Assembly (NCBI GenBank): GCA_035623975.1
Contig: DASPSK010000270.1
Span: forward strand, 1-37,513
Length of the DNA stretch: 37,513 nucleotides
From: Acidimicrobiales bacterium
Lineage (GTDB): Bacteria; Actinomycetota; Acidimicrobiia; Acidimicrobiales; Bog-793
Reading direction: 5' to 3'
Part shown: piece by piece, positions 7,276 through 14,591 of the stretch
Layout of the letters: the number at the start of each line of letters is the position of its first letter
Position numbering within the stretch: the first letter of the stretch is position 1
Program-made: the position numbers and the translations under genes
The notes under the pieces: model-generated
Database searches by the model: none
Told to the model about the DNA's origin: nothing
The model's input: the letters and a program-made list of their open reading frames with translations, nothing else

Positions 7276-8171
7276 TGTCAGATCTGCTCGGAGATGAGCT
7301 GGTGAGCTCGCCGGTACTCGCAGACGCCGTCAACTCCTCGGCGCTGCGCGCCCCGGAGCCGGCCCCGGATGCTCCGGCTGGCACCGGGAGGTCGCCGTCC
7401 ACGCGTCCGGCCCGAGTGCTTGCTGTCGCCAACCAGAAAGGAGGCGTCGGCAAGACGACGACGGCCGTGAACCTGGGAGCGGCGCTCGCAGATCTCGGCT
7501 ACCGGGTGCTCATCGTCGATCTCGACCCGCAGGGCAACGCCAGCACGGGCCTCGGCGTGGACCCACGCAACTTCGACTACTCGATGTACAACGTCCTTCT
7601 TCACGACGTCGCCATGGACGACTGCATCGAGCCGACGAACATCAAGAACCTCTTTCTCGCTCCCTCCACCCTCGACCTGGCCGGGGCGGAGATCGAGCTC
7701 GTGCCCGTGCTCAGCCGCGAGCATCGCCTTCGTAAGGCGATCGACGCCATACGGGAGGATTTTGCCTTCGTCTTCATCGACTGCCCGCCCTCGCTCGGCC
7801 TCCTCACGTTGAATGGGCTGACGGCCGCGACGGAGGTACTCGTGCCGATCCAGTGTGAGTACTACGCCCTCGAGGGTGTGTCGCAGCTCACCCGCAACGT
7901 GGAGCTCGTCCGCTCGAATCTGAACCCGACGCTGGCGATCACGACGATTGTGCTCACCATGTACGACGCCCGCACGAGGCTTTCCGACTCGGTCGTGGCG
8001 GAGGTGCGCGATCACTTCGGTGACGTCGTGTGCAAGAACATCATTCCCCGCAGCGTCCGCATCTCCGAAGCACCCTCGTTCGGCGAGCCGATCACGACGC
8101 ACGATCCGACCTCACGAGGTGCTATCGCCTATCGAGAGCTGGCGAGGGAGGTGGCAGGTGTCTCGTCGTAG
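7275..8171 (+). CDS. parA: chromosome partitioning ATPase ParA/Soj
   Basis: Deviant Walker A VANQKGGVGKTTTAVNLGAALA; LIVDLDPQGNAS; FVFIDCPPSLG; an actinobacterial-type N-terminal extension. Confidence 0.9.
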   Translation: MSDLLGDELVSSPVLADAVNSSALRAPEPAPDAPAGTGRSPSTRPARVLAVANQKGGVGKTTTAVNLGAALADLGYRVLIVDLDPQGNASTGLGVDPRNFDYSMYNVLLHDVAMDDCIEPTNIKNLFLAPSTLDLAGAEIELVPVLSREHRLRKAIDAIREDFAFVFIDCPPSLGLLTLNGLTAATEVLVPIQCEYYALEGVSQLTRNVELVRSNLNPTLAITTIVLTMYDARTRLSDSVVAEVRDHFGDVVCKNIIPRSVRISEAPSFGEPITTHDPTSRGAIAYRELAREVAGVSS

Positions 8172-9111
8172 TGGCCTCGGCCGCGGACTCGGAGCCCTCA
8201 TCCCCCAAGGCGGCCCGGGGCCCGCCTCCTCGGATCTGATCCAGATCCCCCTCAACCAGATCAAGCCGAACCCGAACCAGCCGAGGAAGCAGTTCGCCGA
8301 GGAGGCCCTCACCGCGCTCGTCGACTCGATCAAGGCAGTCGGGATCCTCCAGCCGGTGCTCGTCCGGGAGACGTCTCCGGGCGAGTACGAGATCATCGCG
8401 GGAGAACGCCGTTATCGAGCGGCCCGACGCGCGGGCCTCGCCACGATCCCGGCTGTTCTCCGCGTCGTCGACGACGTCACGAGCTTGGAGCAGGCGCTCG
8501 TCGAGAACCTGCAGCGAGAGGATCTGAACCCGCTCGACGAGGCGGGCGCCTATCAACAGCTCATCGAGGACTTCGGGCTCACCCACGACGAAGTCGCCCG
8601 GCGAGTCGGCAAGAGCCGCACGGCCGTGACGAACTCCCTCCGTCTCTTCCAGCTGCCCCCGATCGTGCAGCGTCAGGTGCGTGACAACCTGATAACGGCG
8701 GGCCATGCTCGCGCCCTCCTCGCCTCGCCGGATCGGGCCCTGCAGGAGAAGCTGGCGGTCGAAGTCGTGCGCGACGGCCTGTCCGTCCGAGCGGTCGAGG
8801 ACAAGGTGCGGACCGCTCTGCGCGCAGACGCCGCCGCCATTGAGGACCTAGCCTCGCGTCAGCGCGACACGCGACCCAGTGGTCCTGAAGGTCGTGCCGC
8901 TGCCCCGCCGGGACGGGACGGGGCAGGTGTGACTCGGCTGCGTCCCCCCGGTCTCCTCGATCTGGAGGAGCTCCTGGGCGACTTCTTGAACACCCGGGTG
9001 ACGGTCGACATGGGCGCCAAGCACGGGCGCGTCGTCATCGAATTTGCCAACCTCGATGACCTGGAGCGGATCTATCGTCTCATCATCGGTGGGAATTCGG
9101 TGCCGGGCTAG
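8158..9111 (+). CDS. parB: chromosome partitioning protein ParB/Spo0J
   Basis: GLGRGLGALIP, IKPNPNQPRKQF, ILQPVLVRE, IIAGERRYRAARRAGL, and HTH LTHDEVARRVGKSRTAVTNSLRL. GTG 8158 is preceded by GGGAGGTGG and overlaps the parA end. The track start 7948 is rejected. Confidence 0.9.
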   Translation: MSRRSGLGRGLGALIPQGGPGPASSDLIQIPLNQIKPNPNQPRKQFAEEALTALVDSIKAVGILQPVLVRETSPGEYEIIAGERRYRAARRAGLATIPAVLRVVDDVTSLEQALVENLQREDLNPLDEAGAYQQLIEDFGLTHDEVARRVGKSRTAVTNSLRLFQLPPIVQRQVRDNLITAGHARALLASPDRALQEKLAVEVVRDGLSVRAVEDKVRTALRADAAAIEDLASRQRDTRPSGPEGRAAAPPGRDGAGVTRLRPPGLLDLEELLGDFLNTRVTVDMGAKHGRVVIEFANLDDLERIYRLIIGGNSVPG

Positions 9112-9165
9112 GGTCAACCTGAACTGCAGGCCGAGCAAATTCGCCTCTCGACTGCCGATCAACGG

Positions 9166-9198
9166 TGATCCACAACCTGTGCATCAGGTTGTGGACGA
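9166..9198. promoter_or_regulatory. perfect 10-bp inverted repeat between convergent parB and cwlM; either a bidirectional terminator hairpin or a pair of facing DnaA-box-like sites
   Basis: CCACAACCTG-TGCAT-CAGGTTGTGG at 9170-9194. The arms embed TGATCCACA (9166-9174, + strand) and TCGTCCACA (9198-9190, - strand), each one mismatch from TT[A/G]TCCACA. There is no U-tract on either side, and the repeat overlaps the cwlM stop. Confidence 0.35.
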
Positions 9199-10239
9199 GG
9201 TCCCCGACTCCCAATCCACCATCAACCACTGCTCGAGGGCTGTCACGACGGCCTGAGCGAGCTCGGCGACCTTCATGACGACGAGGCTCGGGTCTCCCAA
9301 CTCGACGAGCACGGCCGGCATCTGTGTCTCCCGGAGGATGCGAACGGCCATTCCCTCGGTGGACCCACCCTCGAAGCCGAGCCGCTCGGAGATCTGCTCC
9401 CGCATCAGGTTGGCGAGCAGGCGGCTCGTCTCGGATTCGTAGCGGTAACCGCGGTAGTACATCGTCTTGACTGACGAATGCTGCGGCTCAAGCCGGAGGC
9501 CGACGTAGCAATCGACCCCAGCGCGGTTGGCCGCCACCGCCTGCTCGGATTCGTCCGGGTGGTGCAGCTGGAGCGACTCCGCACCGACACCTGCGAGGGC
9601 TCGGCAGACCGCACCGACTCCAGTGGCAAATCCACCTTGCTCCCCGACGGCGATGCTCCGTCCGCGCAGGCTCGCACCTCGCGTTGCGGCCACCAGACGC
9701 TCCCGGACGGTGCTGACGAGATCCCCACCCCCCGGCCGAATCGTCAGCCGCGTCAGCTCGGCAATCGTGAGATAGCCGCAGATCCCGTCTGCGGGCAGGC
9801 CGACGTTGCGCTGGAACTCCCCGAGGGCTTCGGTCGTCCGGTCGCCGAAGATTCCGTCCACACCTCCCGGATCGAAGCCCAAGGCACTGAGACGGCGTTG
9901 CAGCTCGGCGACGTCGTCGCCATGGAACATGGGAGCGCGCCGGTAGAGGATGCGATCGCCCAAGGCGAAGCCGGCCTCTACGACCGCCGCCCAGGTCTCC
10001 CGCCCGCAGACGCCGTCACATCTGAGGCCGCGTTGGCGCTGGAAATTCGACACGGCGCGCGCCGTGGCGGCGTCGAAGATGCCGGTTGCCTCGCGCACCT
10101 GCAGGAGGCCGAGACGGACGAGTCGTGATTGCAGGTCGGCGACGGCCTTGCCGGCGGAGTCGACGGCGATCGGCAGCGCTTCGGCCGATCCTTCGAGCAG
10201 CCTCGGCAGATAGGCCGGAGCATTCGACGCGGGAGACAT
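9184..10239 (-). CDS. cwlM: CwlM-like N-acetylmuramoyl-L-alanine amidase (two PG_binding_1 repeats plus an Amidase_3 domain)
   Basis: AVADLQSRLVRLGL...FDAATARAVSNFQRQRGLRCDGVCGRETW and DVAELQRRLSALGFDPGGVDGIFGDRTTEALGEFQRNVGLPADGICG are peptidoglycan-binding repeats; the C-terminal ...VDCYVGLRLE...PAVLVELG is amidase_3-like. It lies downstream of trxB-trxA as in M. tuberculosis (Rv3913-3915). ATG 10239 chosen. Confidence 0.8.
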   Translation of the reverse strand: MSPASNAPAYLPRLLEGSAEALPIAVDSAGKAVADLQSRLVRLGLLQVREATGIFDAATARAVSNFQRQRGLRCDGVCGRETWAAVVEAGFALGDRILYRRAPMFHGDDVAELQRRLSALGFDPGGVDGIFGDRTTEALGEFQRNVGLPADGICGYLTIAELTRLTIRPGGGDLVSTVRERLVAATRGASLRGRSIAVGEQGGFATGVGAVCRALAGVGAESLQLHHPDESEQAVAANRAGVDCYVGLRLEPQHSSVKTMYYRGYRYESETSRLLANLMREQISERLGFEGGSTEGMAVRILRETQMPAVLVELGDPSLVVMKVAELAQAVVTALEQWLMVDWESGTSSTT

Positions 10240-10287
10240 CCGCCCTATCGTACGACCTTCGCAGTTCGCACGCGGCGCCAAACGCCA

Positions 10288-10331
10288 GAAAAACAAAGGG
10301 GTTTACAAGCCCGGGCGAGGGCCCCAAACCC
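10288..10331 (-). terminator. intrinsic terminator immediately after trxA
   Basis: Minus-strand RNA GGGUUUGGGGCCCUCGCCCGGGCUUGUAAACCC followed by CUUUGUUUUUC: about a 13-bp stem with one bulge and a 6-nt loop, then a U-rich tract. It starts right after the trxA stop. Confidence 0.55.
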
Positions 10332-10667
10332 TCAGGAGAGGTGAGGCTCTACCTCGGAGAGGATCTGGCTCTTCGGACGAGCGCCCACGATGCGACTTTG
10401 CGGCTCGCCGTCCTTGAACAGCAGCAGGGTCGGGATGCTCATCACCTGGTAGCGCTGAGCCGTGCGCGGGTTGTCATCGACGTTCACCTTGGCGACGCGC
10501 AGCGTCCCCTTCTTGTCGTCGGCGATCTCCTCCAGCACCGGGGCGACGACCTTGCACGGCCCACACCATTCGGCCCAGAAGTCGACGAGAACCGGCAGCT
10601 CCGCGAGCGTCACCTGCTCGTCGAAGGTGTCGTCACTCACGGTGATGATGTTGTCGGCCATTTCCAT
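10332..10667 (-). CDS. trxA: thioredoxin
   Basis: VLVDFWAEWCGPCKVVAPVLEEIA...KVNVDDNP...IPTLLLFKDGE; 111 aa. Confidence 0.92.
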   Translation of the reverse strand: MEMADNIITVSDDTFDEQVTLAELPVLVDFWAEWCGPCKVVAPVLEEIADDKKGTLRVAKVNVDDNPRTAQRYQVMSIPTLLLFKDGEPQSRIVGARPKSQILSEVEPHLS

Positions 10668-10670
10668 CTC

Positions 10671-11648
10671 CTATCTCAGCTCTCTCAGCTCGTGCAGTGC
10701 CGCCAGGTACCGCTCAGCATCTATTGCTGCCATGCAGCCCGAGCCGGCGGCCGTCACGGCCTGGCGGTACTCGTGATCCTGCACGTCACCACATGCAAAA
10801 ACACCGGAGACGCCCGTTTTCGTCCCGCCCTGGGTGACCAGGTATCCGTTGGCATCCATCTCGAGCTGACCGTTGAACAACGCCGTGTTCGGGGCGTGGC
10901 CGATGGCCACGAAAAGGCCCTCGACCGGGAGGGTGCGCTCCTGCCGCGTGCGTACGTCCCGGACCCGGACGCCTTCGACGTGGTCCGCGCCGAGAATGTC
11001 GGTCACCTCCGAGTCCCAGACGAAGTCGATCTTCTCGTTGCGGAACGCACGGTCCTGCATGATCCGCGAGGCCCGCAGCTCCTTGCGCCGGTGGATGACC
11101 GTCACCGACCGGCCGAATTTCGTCAGGAAGAGGGCTTCCTCGAGGGCCGAGTCGCCGCCACCGACAACGGCGATGGGCTTGTTGCGGAAGAAGAAGCCGT
11201 CACAGGTGGCACACGTCGACACGCCGTGGCCGATGAGACGCGCTTCGTTGCGCAGGCCGAGCAGCAGCGAGCGCGCCCCCGTGGCGATGATGAGCGTCTT
11301 CGTCCGAACCGAAGGCTCCTCGATGTCGCCGCCCGCCCAGATCTCGATGGGCGACGCCGACAGGTTTACCCGTGTGGCCTTCTCCACGACCAGATCAGCG
11401 CCGAAGCGTGCGGCTTGGGCGCGCATCTGCAGCATGAGCTCGGGCCCCATGACGCCTTCGGCGAACCCGGGAAAGTTCTCCACCTCAGTCGTCAGCATCA
11501 GTTGGCCGCCCGGCTGGTCGCTCGTCGAAGACGGCTCCCCTTCGAGCACGAGGGGGTTGAGGTCGGCGCGGGCCGCGTAGATGGCGGCCGTCAGCCCCGC
11601 CGGGCCGGAGCCGAGGATGACGACGTCGCGGATTCTTCCTGTTCTCAT
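10671..11648 (-). CDS. trxB: thioredoxin-disulfide reductase
   Basis: VVILGSGPAGLTAAIYAARA (FAD), redox-active CATCDG, VVGGGDSALEEALFLTKF (NADPH), GVFACGDV. Confidence 0.92.
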   Translation of the reverse strand: MRTGRIRDVVILGSGPAGLTAAIYAARADLNPLVLEGEPSSTSDQPGGQLMLTTEVENFPGFAEGVMGPELMLQMRAQAARFGADLVVEKATRVNLSASPIEIWAGGDIEEPSVRTKTLIIATGARSLLLGLRNEARLIGHGVSTCATCDGFFFRNKPIAVVGGGDSALEEALFLTKFGRSVTVIHRRKELRASRIMQDRAFRNEKIDFVWDSEVTDILGADHVEGVRVRDVRTRQERTLPVEGLFVAIGHAPNTALFNGQLEMDANGYLVTQGGTKTGVSGVFACGDVQDHEYRQAVTAAGSGCMAAIDAERYLAALHELRELR

Positions 11649-11693
11649 GGTTCCTCGTTCGGTCAGCGTCGGAGCCCCGTCGCGGCCCGCGTC

Positions 11694-12032
11694 TTACGAG
11701 CGCGGACGGCGCATCCGCGAGAAGAACAGCCCAAGGCCCGAGAAGATTCCGGCCATCACGAGGTAGCTTGCCCAGACGCGGCGGTGGAAGAGGTAATTGT
11801 CGAGCACGCGCACCGCCCCGGTGGCGAGCAGCACCGCCAGGAGGGCTGCGATGACGAAGGCGAGCAGGCCGAAGATGGCATAGCGGACCGCCCGCAGCAC
11901 CGGGGTGACGGTCCGATCGCGGATGAGCGAGACGACTTCCTCGACCTTGTCCGTGACGACGGACGCCCAGTCGTGTCCGGCGGCTGCGCCCGGGCTGTCG
12001 TTCCCGCCGCCAACACCGTTGTCGGAAGACAT
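11694..12032 (-). CDS. small hypothetical membrane protein (two predicted TM helices)
   Basis: 112-aa ORF with hydrophobic stretches AIFGLLAFVIAALLAVLLATGAV and ASYLVMAGIFSGLGLFF. No recognisable catalytic motif. It occupies the slot held by sigM/anti-sigM in M. tuberculosis. Confidence 0.5.
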   Translation of the reverse strand: MSSDNGVGGGNDSPGAAAGHDWASVVTDKVEEVVSLIRDRTVTPVLRAVRYAIFGLLAFVIAALLAVLLATGAVRVLDNYLFHRRVWASYLVMAGIFSGLGLFFSRMRRPRS

Positions 12033-12100
12033 GCGGGCAGGCTAGTGCGGGGCCGGCGAGATGGCGCTCATCTGTCGCCCGCGGTCCGTCGGCATCGGTG

Positions 12101-12940
12101 TCACTTCAGCTTGAAGCACACACCGATGCCCCCGGCTCCGGAGTGCGTTCCGATGACGGGCCCTATGTAGCTCAGCCAGATCTGGTCCCGTGGGAACCGC
12201 TCCGCCAGCATGTCGACGAAGGCGTCCACGTCGGCGGCGGCGGCGTGGACCACGGCGAGCTGCTCGATCTCGCCGGCACTCTTGACCTTTTCCGCCAGGT
12301 ACTCGAGCGAGCGTGTACGTGTCCGTTGGCGGGACTCGGCCTCGACGACGCCCTCACGCACTTCGATGACCGGTTTGATGGCGAGCAACGACCCGAAGAG
12401 CGCCTGGGCGCCGCCGATGCGCCCGCCCTTGCGGAGGTTGTCGAGTGTGTCGAGGGCGCCGTAGACGCGTATCGACTCCAGATCGTGTTTGGTCGCCTCG
12501 GCGATCTCGTCGAGATCGGCGCCGTCGCGCGCCGATGCGGCTGCCGCCAGGGCGAGCAGTCCCTCCCCCATAGTCACCGAGAGGGAGTCGACGACCCGTA
12601 CCGGGATGCGTTCCTCCACCTCGACGGCGCCGGCTGTGGCCGCTTGGTACGTAGCCGAGAGCTTCGAGGAGATCGTGATGCAGACGACCCCGTCGCACCC
12701 GTCGGTGAGGGCGGCCAGGTAGGCCTGCACGAACGCACCCGGGGAGGGGGCAGACGTCTCCGGCAAGTGGGAACTCTTGGCACATTCCTGCCAAAACTGT
12801 TCGGGAGACCACGTCCTCGTCGTCTCCGGGCCGATGTCACCCAGCCGTACATCGAGGTCGACTATGGCGATGCCGTGCTCGGCGGCGACGGACGCATCGA
12901 GATCGGCAGCGCTGTCAGTGACGACTCGGATCGTAGCCAT
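12101..12940 (-). CDS. DegV family fatty-acid-binding protein
   Basis: IRVVTDSAADL...TSAPSPGAF...ITISSKLSATYQAA...VVDSLSVTMGEG...GRIGGAQALFGSLLAIKP...HSGAGGIGV. Typical DegV layout, 279 aa. Confidence 0.85.
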   Translation of the reverse strand: MATIRVVTDSAADLDASVAAEHGIAIVDLDVRLGDIGPETTRTWSPEQFWQECAKSSHLPETSAPSPGAFVQAYLAALTDGCDGVVCITISSKLSATYQAATAGAVEVEERIPVRVVDSLSVTMGEGLLALAAAASARDGADLDEIAEATKHDLESIRVYGALDTLDNLRKGGRIGGAQALFGSLLAIKPVIEVREGVVEAESRQRTRTRSLEYLAEKVKSAGEIEQLAVVHAAAADVDAFVDMLAERFPRDQIWLSYIGPVIGTHSGAGGIGVCFKLK

Positions 12941-14591
12941 GTGCTCCCCTCCTGGCGCCGAGGCGCCGCTTTCGTGCAGTCTGCCAGTCCGCGACCGTAC
13001 CCGCGAGACCGGCGGCGGCGCCGTAGGTCACGATGCCGGCGAGAACGCCCGCGCTCACCCGCAGGAGAAGACCGGTCTCGGTCGGAGAGGCAATGGCGGC
13101 GGTGACGGCCGCCACGGCGGCCGCCATTATGAGGGTGAGGGCGAGCGAGCGAGCCACGTAGCGGGCGACGCGGCGACCCCCGAGACCGCCCATGCGCTGA
13201 CGGACGATCACAAGGGCCGCCACGGCGGAGGCGCTGTAGGCGACCGAGAGCGAGAGGGAGAGGCCCCGCGCTCCGATATGCCTCGACAGGACCACTGCCA
13301 ATATGACATTGACGCCGTTCTCGAACAGGTAGAGGAAGAAGGCCGTGCGCGTGTCGCGCATCGCCTGCAGGGCGCTGATGCACAGCAGGTACGTGCAGTA
13401 GCCCGGCAGCCCGACAGCGAGCAGCGCCAGGAGTTGGCCGGTCTCGTGGCTGCTGGCAGCGCCGAAGGCGCCGTGGCGGAGCAGGAGGGCGACGAGCGGC
13501 CCGGCCAAGAGGAGGTACCCGGCTGTCGCCGGGAGAATGCCCGCCATCATCCGCCGCAACCCGAGCCCGAACTGGTGCGCCATCTCGGCGAGGTTGTGCG
13601 TGCTGTAGCGATACGCCAGCTCGGGTATCACCGTGCTCATGACGGAGACGGCGATCATGCCGAAGGGGAGCTGAAAGAACTGGTACGCGTAGGTGTAGTC
13701 GGTCACGCGGGAGGCCCCGAGCCCGACGGCGAGGGCGAGGACGACGAAGACGGCGACCTGGTTGGCGACGACGAAGCCGAAGGTCCAACCCGAGAGGGAG
13801 AGGATCTCCTTTATGGCTGGGTCGTCTGGCCGCCACACGAAGCGCAACCGCAGGCCGGACCGCATCGCCGCCGGCAGGAGGGCGAGCGCCTGCACGAGGA
13901 CTCCGGCGCTCGTGCCGAGACCGAGGAGAAGGAGGAGGCCGTGGTCGTGCTGCACCCTCGCCAGCGTCGGGTGGTGCCCGACGATGTGGGCGAACTCGAG
14001 GAGGACGGCGATGGCGACGACGTTGTTGAGCACGGCGACGTAGGCGACGAGCAGGAAGCGCCGCACCGTGTTCAACACGGCCCCCATCAGGCTGATCGCC
14101 CCGTAGGCGATGAGCTGGATGGCAAAGAGCCTGAGGAGCTCCGTCGCCACCTGACGCTCGGCGGCCAGAGAGGCGCTGTGGGCACCGATGGAGTAGAGGT
14201 CGATGATGTAGGGCGCGAGGAGGAGGAACGCCACGGTGGCGGCGAGGAGCACGACGCTCGAGAGGGACACGACTGCCGAGATGGACTCGACGGCCTCCTC
14301 GCGTGGCCGCGTGGCCAACCGGTGCACGAACTGGGGCACGAACGTGGCCGACAGCACGCCTCCGAGCACGAGGTCGTGGACGATGTTGGGCGTGTTGTTG
14401 GCGAGATTGAAGGCGTCCGACAGGAAGTTGCCGCCGAGGGCGTAGGCGGCGACGAGAAGGCGGAGAAGCCCGGTCAGGCGTGACAGGAGGGTGCCGAGCG
14501 CCATGAGGGCGGTCACCCGCCCGAGACCGGAGCCCGCACCGACCGGAGCGGCAGGGCTCGCGGACTCTCCTTCCCCGGCGAGGAGGCTCAC
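12915..14591 (-). CDS. murJ: lipid II flippase MurJ (MviN)
   Basis: LGTLLSRLTGLLRLLVAAYALGGNFLSDAFNLANNTPNIVHDLVLGGVLSATFVPQFV plus many TM segments. GTG 14591 overlaps the upstream gene's stop (GTGA). The track start 14687 would overlap by about 100 nt. Confidence 0.85.
   Translation of the reverse strand: MSLLAGEGESASPAAPVGAGSGLGRVTALMALGTLLSRLTGLLRLLVAAYALGGNFLSDAFNLANNTPNIVHDLVLGGVLSATFVPQFVHRLATRPREEAVESISAVVSLSSVVLLAATVAFLLLAPYIIDLYSIGAHSASLAAERQVATELLRLFAIQLIAYGAISLMGAVLNTVRRFLLVAYVAVLNNVVAIAVLLEFAHIVGHHPTLARVQHDHGLLLLLGLGTSAGVLVQALALLPAAMRSGLRLRFVWRPDDPAIKEILSLSGWTFGFVVANQVAVFVVLALAVGLGASRVTDYTYAYQFFQLPFGMIAVSVMSTVIPELAYRYSTHNLAEMAHQFGLGLRRMMAGILPATAGYLLLAGPLVALLLRHGAFGAASSHETGQLLALLAVGLPGYCTYLLCISALQAMRDTRTAFFLYLFENGVNVILAVVLSRHIGARGLSLSLSVAYSASAVAALVIVRQRMGGLGGRRVARYVARSLALTLIMAAAVAAVTAAIASPTETGLLLRVSAGVLAGIVTYGAAAGLAGTVADWQTARKRRLGARRGAHGYDPSRH

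Noticed and set aside
10086-12170. 694-aa plus-strand ORF spanning the trxA/trxB/membrane-protein region
   Set aside because: It is antisense to three genes with unmistakable motifs (WCGPC, CATCDG). Its translation is R/A/G/D/H-rich and low-complexity, typical of shadow ORFs in high-GC DNA.
12777-14483. 568-aa plus-strand ORF (and 12862..13836 minus, other frame) over murJ
   Set aside because: These are shadow frames of murJ. The translations are highly charged E/G/R/D-rich with no TM or domain pattern.
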